Shown one piece after another: positions 1-9,033 of a stretch of DNA of 64,000 nucleotides. The notes beneath the pieces were generated by a model. The model had not been told where the DNA came from. It saw only the letters and a list, made by a program, of their open reading frames with translations, and searched no databases. The first letter of the stretch is position 1. Every line of letters starts with the position of its first letter. This stretch comes from an uncultured Desulfurococcaceae archaeon (GTDB lineage: Archaea > Thermoproteota > Thermoprotei_A > Sulfolobales > NBVN01), in assembly GCA_964399035.1 (NCBI GenBank), contig CAYNPH010000037.1:4681-68680 (forward strand), written 5' to 3'. A program made the position numbers and the translations under genes.

Positions 1-793
1 TCCTAGCTAGTTCGATGTTGAATGGCGCGGCCCTCCTCACGCGGCCCGTGACCGTAGCTCTCTCCACCCAACCCCTCCTTAAGACCTCATCCTCCGGGAG
101 CTCGCCTGCGAGGGGTCCTCCACCGACGCGCGTTACGTAAGCCTTAAACACCACCACGACCTCATCCACGTCCTTCGGACCCACGCCGACCTCCGACGCG
201 AAGGCTGAGGCCGTTGTGTCCCTGCTCGTGACGTAGGGGTAGGTCCCGTGATAGAGGCTGAGGAAGGTTCCCTGCGTCCCCTCAATAATGACGTTTAGCC
301 CCGCCCTTAACGCGGCATGCACTTCGCCCGGGACGTCCGTGAGCATTCCTTTAAGCTCCTCGAAGTCCCTAGCTAACCTTAACCTCCTTAACACCCTGTC
401 CGACGCAGCCGCACCCACTCCCTGGAGCGTGGAGCCTACCTTACCCTTAAGGTGCTCGCTAGCCCTCTCAGCCTCAACGTGCTTCCCCTCTATAACCCCG
501 GCCTGCGGGTCAATGAATAGCCTGCCCGCGACCCCGGTCTCCCGCAGCTCCCTGAGTAGGACGTCGGTTCTGATGAGGGCGCCGGGAGGGATCAGTAGCT
601 TCGCCTCCTTCCTCACGAACGCTGAAGGCACTACCCTAAGCTTCCACACCCTCCCGCCGTGAACCACGGTATGGCCGGCGTTGACGGAGCCGCACCTAAT
701 CCCCGCAGCAACGCCGTCAGCTATGCTCAAGTACGAAACCACCTTCCCCTTACCCTCATCACCGAAGAAACCGCCGACAACCACGGTGAGCAT
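1..793 (-). CDS. purA: Adenylosuccinate synthetase (5' part; runs off window edge)
   Basis: Not in ORF track. Reverse strand from ATG at 793 reads MLTVVVGGFFGDEGKGKVVSYLS, the archaeal GDEGKGK P-loop, and later IEGTQGTFLSLYHGTYPYVTS. Directly follows purB. Confidence 0.95.
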   Translation of the reverse strand, partial: MLTVVVGGFFGDEGKGKVVSYLSIADGVAAGIRCGSVNAGHTVVHGGRVWKLRVVPSAFVRKEAKLLIPPGALIRTDVLLRELRETGVAGRLFIDPQAGVIEGKHVEAERASEHLKGKVGSTLQGVGAAASDRVLRRLRLARDFEELKGMLTDVPGEVHAALRAGLNVIIEGTQGTFLSLYHGTYPYVTSRDTTASAFASEVGVGPKDVDEVVVVFKAYVTRVGGGPLAGELPEDEVLRRGWVERATVTGRVRRAAPFNIELAR

Positions 794-796
794 GTC

Positions 797-2140
797 CTAA
801 CACCTCCTGAGGGACTCCCTAACGCTCCTTAACGCCCTCTCAACGAGCTCAGCGTGCGAGCCGAGGTAGTTCTCAGGTTCACTGCATGCCCTGAAGTCCT
901 CCTCGGTGAGGGGGGCGCCGACGCCGAGTCGCTTGAGCGCCTCCTCAACGCTCACGCCCTCACGCCTAGCAATGCTTAACGCTTCTCTCACTAAGCTGCG
1001 TGCTTCGTGCCTAGGCACCGCGCCCTTAAGCACTAGCCTCACCATGAGGCACTCAGCCATAACGGAGTCCTTACTCATGCTTAGGTTCCTCTTCATCGCG
1101 TCCTCATCGATTCTTAAGCCCCTCAACACCCTCTCAGTGTCGAGCAGCGCCTGATCGGTTAGGAGGAGTATGTGGGGTAGTAACACCCTCTCGCAACTAC
1201 TGTTCGTTAAGTCCCGCTCATGCATTAAGGCGATGTTCTCGAACGCCGCCACGGCCAAGCCGCGGCAGAGCCTCGCCAGCCCCGAAACGCGTTCGGCCGC
1301 GACGGGGTTCACCTTATGGGGCATCGTACTGCTCCCAGCCACGCCCTCGACTAAGGTGACCTCGCCGATCTCATCACGCATTAACTCCCTCACCTCGAGG
1401 GCTAACCTATCAAGCTGACTAGCCAGTATAGCCGCGAACGCCGCTAACTCCGCGTACCCGTCCCTAGGCGCTACCTGCGTTGAGATCGGGTGCGGCTCGA
1501 GCCCCAACTCCCTCAAGCACCCGGACTCCACCCTCAGGCCCGCATCACCCCACGCAGCCATCGTGCCCACCGCCCCGGAAACAACCCCCTTAACTACCCT
1601 GCTCGTTAGTGAGCATAGTCGCTCGTAACTCCTTGAGAGCTCGTACGCGTAGTTAGCTAGCTTGAAGCCGAAGGTTATGGGTAGGGCGTGCCTACCATGC
1701 GTCCTGCCAACCATGACGACGTCCTTAAAGGACTCGCTCAGGCTAACCAGTAACTCTATGACGGCCCTTAACCTACGCTTAAGCACGTTGAGGGCGTCCC
1801 TAAGGATGAGGGCCCACGCAGTGTCGATTACGTCCGAGCTCGTTGCCCCCAAATGAACGTACTTCCCGCACTCACCGCATCTCAACGCGATGAGCGTGGC
1901 GATAGAGGCTAACTCATGACCGGTCCTAGCCTCCATCTCATCAACATCCTCGGGACGCACACCGTACGCGCACTCCCTCAGAACATCAACGCATTCCTTA
2001 GGCGCTAGTCTCGCGTCGGCAAGCCCCCTCATTAGGGCGACCTCAACATCGATTAACCTTCTCAGCACGGCCTCACGCGTTAGGAGGGACCTCATCTCCT
2101 CGGAACCATACCTGTAGTCGAGGGGACACACGGAACTCAA
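797..2140 (-). CDS. purB: Adenylosuccinate lyase
   Basis: Fumarase/ASL superfamily signature GSSTMPHKVNP, plus HLGATSSD and GRTHG; lies next to purA. Confidence 0.95.
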   Translation of the reverse strand: MSSVCPLDYRYGSEEMRSLLTREAVLRRLIDVEVALMRGLADARLAPKECVDVLRECAYGVRPEDVDEMEARTGHELASIATLIALRCGECGKYVHLGATSSDVIDTAWALILRDALNVLKRRLRAVIELLVSLSESFKDVVMVGRTHGRHALPITFGFKLANYAYELSRSYERLCSLTSRVVKGVVSGAVGTMAAWGDAGLRVESGCLRELGLEPHPISTQVAPRDGYAELAAFAAILASQLDRLALEVRELMRDEIGEVTLVEGVAGSSTMPHKVNPVAAERVSGLARLCRGLAVAAFENIALMHERDLTNSSCERVLLPHILLLTDQALLDTERVLRGLRIDEDAMKRNLSMSKDSVMAECLMVRLVLKGAVPRHEARSLVREALSIARREGVSVEEALKRLGVGAPLTEEDFRACSEPENYLGSHAELVERALRSVRESLRRC

Positions 2141-2751
2141 CGCTGATCCCTCCTCACGTACTCCATTAGTGAGAGCTTCAGGGCCTCAGCACCAAGCATG
2201 TCGACCTCAGCCCCAACCCTTAACGCTATCCTTAAGGCGGACTCCAGCACGTCGCCGCCCTCACGCTTAGCTAAGCTGTAGAGGGTTTCACTGAAGGACC
2301 ACGGGTAGAATATCCACACCCACTCCTTAACAACCTCAACGTAGTAGTCCGGCCTTAACGAACTGGTTAGCTTATAGTGCAGTACGGCGGACTTAACGTT
2401 CCTCGCACCCATACCCCTAATTAGCTTCACCACCTTACCCATGGTTAAGCCCGTGTCAACCACCTCATCAACAACGAGCACGTCCTTACCGCTAACGTCC
2501 AGCGGCTCGTGAATGCTTACCTGCGGCTCCTCAAACACCCTCCCCGCAACCCCCCAGAACCTTGACCTGATGACATACATCTCCTCAATACCCAGCACGT
2601 CGCTGATTATGCGGGCAGGAACTAAGCCACCCCTAGAGATTGTGACGATGGCGTCGAAGGAGGCCCCAGAATCAAGTATCCTCCCCGCAAGCGAGTAACA
2701 GAGCTTAAGCGCCTCACCCCAAGGAACGTACTTAACCCTCACAGCCACCAC
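2137..2751 (-). CDS. Purine phosphoribosyltransferase (hypoxanthine/guanine/xanthine PRTase family)
   Basis: PRPP-binding motif VLVVDEVVDTGLT, ISRGG loop and WIFYPW; purine operon context. Confidence 0.88.
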   Translation of the reverse strand: MVAVRVKYVPWGEALKLCYSLAGRILDSGASFDAIVTISRGGLVPARIISDVLGIEEMYVIRSRFWGVAGRVFEEPQVSIHEPLDVSGKDVLVVDEVVDTGLTMGKVVKLIRGMGARNVKSAVLHYKLTSSLRPDYYVEVVKEWVWIFYPWSFSETLYSLAKREGGDVLESALRIALRVGAEVDMLGAEALKLSLMEYVRRDQR

Positions 2752-2752
2752 C

Positions 2753-4300
2753 TCAGCAAGGCTCTATGGTGCTCGGAGGCTTCGGCGTGACAGCGTACGT
2801 AACCATGGTCACGCCCTCAACCTCCGACGTTATCCTAGAAACGACCCTGTCCAGGACGTCGTAGGGTAGCCTAACCCAGTCAGCAGTCATGGCGTCCTCG
2901 CTTGACACCACCCTTAAAGTCACGACGTACCCAACCTCCCTCGAGTCGCCCTTAACGCCGACCCACCTATCCTCACCCACGACCGCGAACGCCTGCCACA
3001 CACCACCGTACAGTCCAGCACGCCTCAGCTCCTCCTCAAGAATGCGTGACGCCTTCCTCACAACCTCAAGCTTATCCCTAGTGAACCTACCCACAACCCT
3101 AACGGCTAAGCCCGGGCCGGGGAACGGGTGCCTCTCAATAACCTCCTCAGGCAACCCAAGTAGCTTACCTAACTCCCTAACCTCATCCTTGTAGAGCCCC
3201 CTCAACGGCTCAACAACCTTCAACCCCAACCACTCAGGCAGCCCAGCAACGTTGTGATGGCTCTTAATCCTGTCGGCAGCCTCAACACACCCACTCTCAA
3301 TCACGTCAGGGTAGGTAGTACCCTGAACAAGGTACTCGGCATCACCCAATGACTCCGAAACCTCCTTAAACACGGCCGCGAACTCCTCCCCTATGATCCT
3401 CCTACGCTCCTCGCAATCCTCAACACCCTCAAGCCTACTCAGGAACCTCTCCCTAGCATCAATGATTAGGGGGTCAAGCCCCAACGCCCTCAGAAACGAC
3501 GCGACCTCCCCCACCTCACCCTCCCTAAACAAGCCATGATCAACTAAGACCGGCACCAACCTATCCCCGACAACCCTTCGCACAAGCACGGCAGCCACGG
3601 TCGAGTCAACGCCGCCGCTAACGGCAGCGATCACCCTACCCTTAGACCCGCCCAGCACCCTCCTCAAATCCTCAAGAACCTCCTCAAGGATGTTAGCAGG
3701 CCTCCACGTCAGCTTAACACCCGCCAACCTCAGGAAGTTACGGAGAAGCACCATACCCTTACGCGTGTGCCTAACCTCGGGATGGAACTGAACACCGTAA
3801 ATCAAGGAATCTCTAAACCTAAGTGCAGCTACCTGCCCCCTACCACTAACAGCTAATACCTCAGCACCCTCGGGAAGGGACGTAACGCACTCCCTATGAC
3901 TCATCCACACCTCCTCAACATCTCCCCAACCCTCGAAGAGCGGATCTTCGCGGACGACCCACACGTACGCCCGACCGAACTCACCCTCACACCCGCCAAC
4001 GACGCCGCCGTGACAAGCAGCCAGTAACTGATGCCCGAAGCAAACCCCAAGCACCGGCAAGCCAGAATTAAGCACCTCACCACACACGTCAAGCCTCCCA
4101 AGGAAGTCCCTCACGCTCATGGGCCCGCCGGAAAGAACCACCGCCTTAACGCGGACCCCGCCACCCTCGAGGACCTCATTAACCCTACTTGGGTTCGCTA
4201 GGATAGCGTGAGCACCCAACTCACGCAACCTACGGGCTATGAGGTGTGCGTACTGCCCACCAAAATTAACGACGAGTACAGTATCGTGAGACCCGCCCAA
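2753..4300 (-). CDS. guaA: GMP synthase (glutamine-hydrolysing), fused GATase and synthetase domains
   Basis: NFGGQY, GVCFGHQ (catalytic Cys), GVQFHPEV, AVSGGVDS, IKSHHNV, RHPFPGPGLAVR and C-terminal KPPSTIE. Confidence 0.97.
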   Translation of the reverse strand: MGGSHDTVLVVNFGGQYAHLIARRLRELGAHAILANPSRVNEVLEGGGVRVKAVVLSGGPMSVRDFLGRLDVCGEVLNSGLPVLGVCFGHQLLAACHGGVVGGCEGEFGRAYVWVVREDPLFEGWGDVEEVWMSHRECVTSLPEGAEVLAVSGRGQVAALRFRDSLIYGVQFHPEVRHTRKGMVLLRNFLRLAGVKLTWRPANILEEVLEDLRRVLGGSKGRVIAAVSGGVDSTVAAVLVRRVVGDRLVPVLVDHGLFREGEVGEVASFLRALGLDPLIIDARERFLSRLEGVEDCEERRRIIGEEFAAVFKEVSESLGDAEYLVQGTTYPDVIESGCVEAADRIKSHHNVAGLPEWLGLKVVEPLRGLYKDEVRELGKLLGLPEEVIERHPFPGPGLAVRVVGRFTRDKLEVVRKASRILEEELRRAGLYGGVWQAFAVVGEDRWVGVKGDSREVGYVVTLRVVSSEDAMTADWVRLPYDVLDRVVSRITSEVEGVTMVTYAVTPKPPSTIEPC

Positions 4301-4528
4301 TCGCTTCCCGGGAACACTAACTATTCTTGAGTATATAAAATTTCCTAAAAATCATTTTTAAGTATTACTCAAATAATTAACATAATTACGTTATACGTTA
4401 TAAGGGCCCCTACATCACGAGGACGTAGAGACGCATAAATAGCGGGCACCCACACTAAAACAATGAACAACAAGTAATTCTTGAGGGACAAGGGAGAGCA
4501 ACGTCAATGACCGAGCAGGTGATGAGGC

Positions 4529-5803
4529 TTGACAGAACTCTACCCCCTAGTAAGTAAGGGGCGGCTGAGAGGTATTCTAGGGTGCGGCGGGGACGCCGTG
4601 CTCCTTTGCCGCATTGATGAGGGATGCAGGTACTTCCTGTGGGTGAGTGCTGAAGAGTCCGTTGAGGTTACGGACATGATTGAAGGCAGGGGCGTGAAGC
4701 TACCTGACGGCACGATCCTCCCGGTAATTTCGTGGGTTAGGGCGGCTCCCTACGTGCATGTTAGGGTGTGCGGTGACTTAAGGAGGTACGTGTCGTGGGT
4801 TGCTAAGGAGTTGAGGGGCTCCGGCATCACCGGTAAGCCCGTGATCGTCGGTGTGAGCGGGGGTAAGGACTCGGTCGCGGCACTAACCGTGGTTAATTCC
4901 CTTGCCAGTAAGTTCGGGCTTAAGGTTCGGGCGACGTACGTGTACATACCCTTCCTAGATTCTGTAAGGTCACGTAGGTTCGTTGAGGACGACCTGCCCT
5001 CGCGTGTGGGGAGCGACGTGGAGGTCGTTGAGGCTAGGAAGAGGGACGTTAAGCGCTACCTCAAGTGGAAGGGCATGCCTAAGAGGGGGAAGAGGTGGTG
5101 CACTTACTTTAAGGTGAGGCCGATGCGTGACGCCATGAAGGCCGACAGGAGGCTCCTCGAGGTCGTCGCTGATAGGGTCTCTGAATCGCCGAAGAGGGCT
5201 AGGAAGCTCCTTAAGGTCGCGTCCGAACGACTCATCCTGGCTGGGAGGAGGTTCAGGCCAACATACCTCCTAACGATCCTAGACGTTATCGACATCGTTA
5301 GGTCGATCAACGCCACCCACCCAGACTACCTGTCGGGCTACCCTAGAGTAGCGTGCGCGTTATGTCCCTACAGGTCACTCTACGAGTTAGGGGAGGAGGT
5401 ACTCAGAGATGTTGACGATGCGGGCCTGATCGAGGAGGTGCTAAGGAAGGAGCACTCAATAAGGTACGCCGGGTTAGGGATTAGCTTCGAGGACTTCATG
5501 ACTAGGCACTTATGGAGGTTCGAACCAGCTACGGCTAAATTACTTAACGAGGTGGCGGGCGCTGTGGCTAAGGACGAGGGACGAGCACGGCTAAGCAGGA
5601 ACTGCATTAAATTAATAATAAAGGAATTATGGGAAGGAACCTTACCGAGCGCCTACGTCCTCAGAAACCCTTGGGAATACCCGGACACCTTACTTAAGGC
5701 GTGGAGTGAGGGATGGTTGGTCGCGGAACTCACGCGTAGCGGGTTAAGGGCCTTAGTCAAAGCCCCTCCTTCTCTTCAGGCCAGTAGTGCTCGCCGGGCT
5801 TAG
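4529..5803 (+). CDS. PAPS-reductase-family (PP-loop) protein with probable Fe-S cluster
   Basis: VSGGKDS PP-loop, RWCT and RVACALCPY motifs typical of archaeal PAPS-reductase-domain proteins. Confidence 0.75.
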   Translation: MTELYPLVSKGRLRGILGCGGDAVLLCRIDEGCRYFLWVSAEESVEVTDMIEGRGVKLPDGTILPVISWVRAAPYVHVRVCGDLRRYVSWVAKELRGSGITGKPVIVGVSGGKDSVAALTVVNSLASKFGLKVRATYVYIPFLDSVRSRRFVEDDLPSRVGSDVEVVEARKRDVKRYLKWKGMPKRGKRWCTYFKVRPMRDAMKADRRLLEVVADRVSESPKRARKLLKVASERLILAGRRFRPTYLLTILDVIDIVRSINATHPDYLSGYPRVACALCPYRSLYELGEEVLRDVDDAGLIEEVLRKEHSIRYAGLGISFEDFMTRHLWRFEPATAKLLNEVAGAVAKDEGRARLSRNCIKLIIKELWEGTLPSAYVLRNPWEYPDTLLKAWSEGWLVAELTRSGLRALVKAPPSLQASSARRA

Positions 5804-6341
5804 GCCTGAAGGCTACTTTGACCTCGAGCCCCGATTCCAGTAGGATCGCCCTCAGTATGGAGTGGGTGGTGAGCACGCCGTAAACCATGTGTTCCTCATC
5901 CGTCACTACGGCGTGCTGCGTCCCGTCGCGTTCCATGAGCGCTACCGCCTCAGCCACGGTGTCGTCGGCAGGAACGCAGTGCGGTAGCCTATCCATGATA
6001 TCCCTCGCCTTAATCCTTCCCTCGTCCTCGGGCCGGAGGCCGGAGCCCTTAACGAGTCTTCTGGGGCCCGTGAAGGGTATGTGATGCTTCGCTAGGGATG
6101 TTTGGCCCAGTAGCACTAGTATGTCGTCGTACGTTATTAGCCCCTTAAGCCTACCTTTACTGTCTATCACTATCACGTAGTGCTTGCCTTGAAGTACGTG
6201 GCGAAGTATGTTGCTTAAGGGCTCGTCCTCAACCACGTAGTCATACATTGGCGTTAAGTTGCGGTACTTCCTGATGAAGTCCTTCACCTTCATACCCAGC
6301 ACTTTGCTCGCTCCCTTCACGAGTGACTCTATCATGCTCAC
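5757..6341 (-). CDS. CBS-domain pair protein
   Basis: Two CBS repeats (VVEDEPLSNIL..VIVIDSKGRLKGLIT; VPADDTVAEAVALM..VVTDEEHMVYGVLT). Confidence 0.85.
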   Translation of the reverse strand: MSMIESLVKGASKVLGMKVKDFIRKYRNLTPMYDYVVEDEPLSNILRHVLQGKHYVIVIDSKGRLKGLITYDDILVLLGQTSLAKHHIPFTGPRRLVKGSGLRPEDEGRIKARDIMDRLPHCVPADDTVAEAVALMERDGTQHAVVTDEEHMVYGVLTTHSILRAILLESGLEVKVAFRPKPGEHYWPEEKEGL

Positions 6342-6451
6342 GTGGGGCGCCCGAAAATAATTACCGTGTCGGGAATTAATTCCTTAGCCTTTGCACCGAG
6401 TAACGTAACGCTTTAAAAGTGCACCCCCACTTAAGGCTTGGTGTACCCACG

Positions 6452-7123
6452 ATGCACATACCGGACGGGTTCCTAGACCTCCCCGTGATAATCGTGACGT
6501 ACGCTATAGCGGTAGCGTGGCTAGCCTACTCCTTCTACAAGGTAGGGAAGGGCGTGGGGAAAGACAGGCTGTCGATGGTGCCGGTGCTCGCAGCAGGAAT
6601 ATTCGTGGCGCAGATGCTGAACTGGCCAATACCCGGCGGAACAAGCCTGCACTTCGTGGGCGGCGCCCTAGCGGGAGTGCTCCTAGGTCCCTACCTAGGG
6701 TCCATAGTGATATTCATAGTGCTCCTCGTGCAGTGCCTAATATTCCATGACGGGGGCATAACCGCGTTGGGGGCTAACGTGCTTAACATGGGGATAGTTG
6801 ACGTCCTTGTGGGGTACGCGACCTACGTGCTCGCCCTGAAGCTACTGGGGCCCAAGAGGAGGGCGAGGTTAGTCGGTGCCTTCGCGGGCGGGTGGCTAGG
6901 CATAACCCTGGCCGGGATAGTCTGCGGGCTCGAGATAGGGTACTCATCAGCTTGCCCCTTCGGAATAGCGGTCTCGGTGCCCGTAATGGGTGCGTGGCAC
7001 GCCGCCCTAGGCGTGATCGAGGGCTTCATAACGGCCTTCGTGATAGACTACCTAAGCACTAAGGCCGACATGATCCCGCAGGCAGACCTGCTCTCGGGGG
7101 TGGTAAGGAATGCTAAGCCGTAA
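6452..7123 (+). CDS. cbiM: ECF-type Ni/Co transporter substrate component (NikM/CbiM)
   Basis: N-terminal MHIPDG metal-binding motif (start moved to ATG 6452), GTSLHFVGG, QCLIFHDGGITALGAN. Confidence 0.92.
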   Translation: MHIPDGFLDLPVIIVTYAIAVAWLAYSFYKVGKGVGKDRLSMVPVLAAGIFVAQMLNWPIPGGTSLHFVGGALAGVLLGPYLGSIVIFIVLLVQCLIFHDGGITALGANVLNMGIVDVLVGYATYVLALKLLGPKRRARLVGAFAGGWLGITLAGIVCGLEIGYSSACPFGIAVSVPVMGAWHAALGVIEGFITAFVIDYLSTKADMIPQADLLSGVVRNAKP

Positions 7124-7397
7124 GACAGTCATCGTAATCGTCGCGCTAATAATAATCAGCCCGCTATTCGGCGTCATACTAGCCGACGCCGTAGGGTACC
7201 ACGAACCCCTAGACGTCGCTGCGGAGAAGTTAGGGCTGAAGGACATAACCGACAAGCTCAACTGGACGCCATTCCTAGACTACAGCGTCCCAGGACTACC
7301 GGCGACGGTAGGGTACATAATAAGCGGGTTCATAGGGGTCGCGGCTGTCCTTGGCCTAGGGTACCTCATCAAGGCGGTGCTGGGTAGGAAGTCTTGA
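7110..7397 (+). CDS. ECF Ni/Co transporter small component (NikN/PDGLE-like)
   Basis: Two TM helices around HEPLD..PFLDYSVPG; overlaps the cbiM stop. Confidence 0.8.
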   Translation: MLSRKTVIVIVALIIISPLFGVILADAVGYHEPLDVAAEKLGLKDITDKLNWTPFLDYSVPGLPATVGYIISGFIGVAAVLGLGYLIKAVLGRKS

Positions 7398-8158
7398 GGG
7401 GCGCCACCCAAGCATACCTAACCGGGTTAAGGGAGGTTTTAACGGAGCTACTCAAGGAGAGTAATTCCGGGCTACTCACACCCTACTCAACCCCAGCAAT
7501 CATTATCCTAACCTTCACCGCTGCCCTAGCCCCCACGTGGTTATGTGCCGTCCTCCCGCCGATCATCGCCCTAGCCGCGCTGACCTTAAGTGCTTGGGGA
7601 AACATCGCGGAGGAGCTTAAGGGCGCGGCGAAGCCCGTGGTGACCGTGGCGGCGTTCTCAGCCTTCGTCTCAACACCCCTCCTGATCAGCAGGGACTTCG
7701 TCGACGCCGCCTTCTTCGTAACTAGGGTGGTTGCGTCGTCAATCACGTTCATAATGCTGACGAGGGCTGCCGGGTGGTCTAGGGTGCTTAGGGGGTTAAG
7801 GTACTTGATGTTGCCTGAGAGCGTGGTTCTAATGATTGAGGAGACCGTCAGGTTCATCCCATCCTTCCTCGGGGACGCCTTAACGTTAACGAGTGCTAGG
7901 GAAGCCAGAACGTTAGGTGACCCGGGGACGTTAAGTACGTGGAGGTCCTTAAGTACGGTTGCCTCGGAACTGATTTTAAGGGCTAATGCTAGAGCACAGA
8001 AGGTACTCATGGCGATCGAGTCAAGAACCCTCGCCAATAGTGACGACGTAGCCGCATGCAACGCGGTGCACCGCAGTGGCGTGAGTTACTTGGACGCCCT
8101 GCTCTACACCCTAGCGGCGCTACTGGTGTTGCTGGAGGTGATCGCCGTTGCGCTGTAA
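7394..8158 (+). CDS. cbiQ: ECF transporter transmembrane T component (CbiQ/NikQ)
   Basis: Hydrophobic, with AREAR and AIESR Arg motifs of EcfT; lies between M/N and the ATPase. Confidence 0.8.
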   Translation: MRGATQAYLTGLREVLTELLKESNSGLLTPYSTPAIIILTFTAALAPTWLCAVLPPIIALAALTLSAWGNIAEELKGAAKPVVTVAAFSAFVSTPLLISRDFVDAAFFVTRVVASSITFIMLTRAAGWSRVLRGLRYLMLPESVVLMIEETVRFIPSFLGDALTLTSAREARTLGDPGTLSTWRSLSTVASELILRANARAQKVLMAIESRTLANSDDVAACNAVHRSGVSYLDALLYTLAALLVLLEVIAVAL

Positions 8159-9032
8159 GGTAATGGTTGAGAACGTGTGGTTCTCCTACGTGCGCGGCAA
8201 CCCCGTGCTCAAGGGGGTAACGCTGAGTGCCTCCCCCGGCGAGGTGGTGGCGATCCTAGGCCCCACGGGATGCGGTAAATCAACCCTCCTAACGATAATG
8301 GCTGGGCTCATAGAGCCTGACGAGGGACGCGTACTCGTTAATGGGGAAGACCTCTTCAGCAACATTAAGGCGCTAAGGCGGCACATAGGCCTCCTCTTCC
8401 AGGACCCTGAACACCAGTTATTCAGCACGACTGTTTACGATGAGGTCGCGTACGCGTTAAGAACCATGGGTACGCCTGAGGATGAGGTGAGGCGCCGGGT
8501 ACTTGAGGTTGCGGAGGAACTAGGGATTAAGGACCTGCTGAGCCGGAGGCCGTTCAAGTTAAGCGTCGGCGAGAAGAAGAAGGTAGCGTTAGCCAGCATA
8601 CTCTCCTACGACCCGGAAATACTCTTACTTGATGAACCAACCGCGAACCTAGGCGTGCGGGATGAGGCCCTAATAATATCCATGCTCGTGAAGGCCCGGC
8701 GCGCAGGGAAAACCGTGGTGATGGCGTCCCACGACTTAGAATTCGTCTTCAGGGTGGCTGACAAAGCGTACATCATGGGTAACGGGACGATCAGGGCGGT
8801 GGTTAAGGGCGAGGACGTAATCAAGCCCGAAATACTTGAGGCGACAGGACTAACCCCACCACTAGTAACTATGGTGGCGGAGCACTTCAGAATAAGCTAC
8901 GAGGAAATAGCTTCCCTCACACGAGGAACCGGAGAGCACGGGCGGCAGGGACAGCACCTCAAGCCAGGAACCAGCTACGCACGCCGAGCCCTAGGCTCGC
9001 CGGTAGGCGACCGCGCCAGTAAGGACGCGTAG
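8148..9032 (+). CDS. cbiO: ECF transporter ATPase (CbiO/NikO)
   Basis: GPTGCGKST, FQDPEHQLF Q-loop, LSVGEKK, LLLDEPT, SHD. Confidence 0.9.
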   Translation: MRCKVMVENVWFSYVRGNPVLKGVTLSASPGEVVAILGPTGCGKSTLLTIMAGLIEPDEGRVLVNGEDLFSNIKALRRHIGLLFQDPEHQLFSTTVYDEVAYALRTMGTPEDEVRRRVLEVAEELGIKDLLSRRPFKLSVGEKKKVALASILSYDPEILLLDEPTANLGVRDEALIISMLVKARRAGKTVVMASHDLEFVFRVADKAYIMGNGTIRAVVKGEDVIKPEILEATGLTPPLVTMVAEHFRISYEEIASLTRGTGEHGRQGQHLKPGTSYARRALGSPVGDRASKDA

Positions 9033-9033
9033 C

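Noticed and set aside
4387-4400. Tandem TACGTTA-TACGTTA in the guaA/PAPS-reductase promoter, resembling CGTTAT half-sites
   Set aside because: There is no matching inverted GATAACG half-site at the 8-nt spacing, and it is too short to support alone.
4301-4528. Purine riboswitch upstream of guaA
   Set aside because: The region is AT-rich promoter-like DNA with no purine-aptamer consensus or pairing visible.
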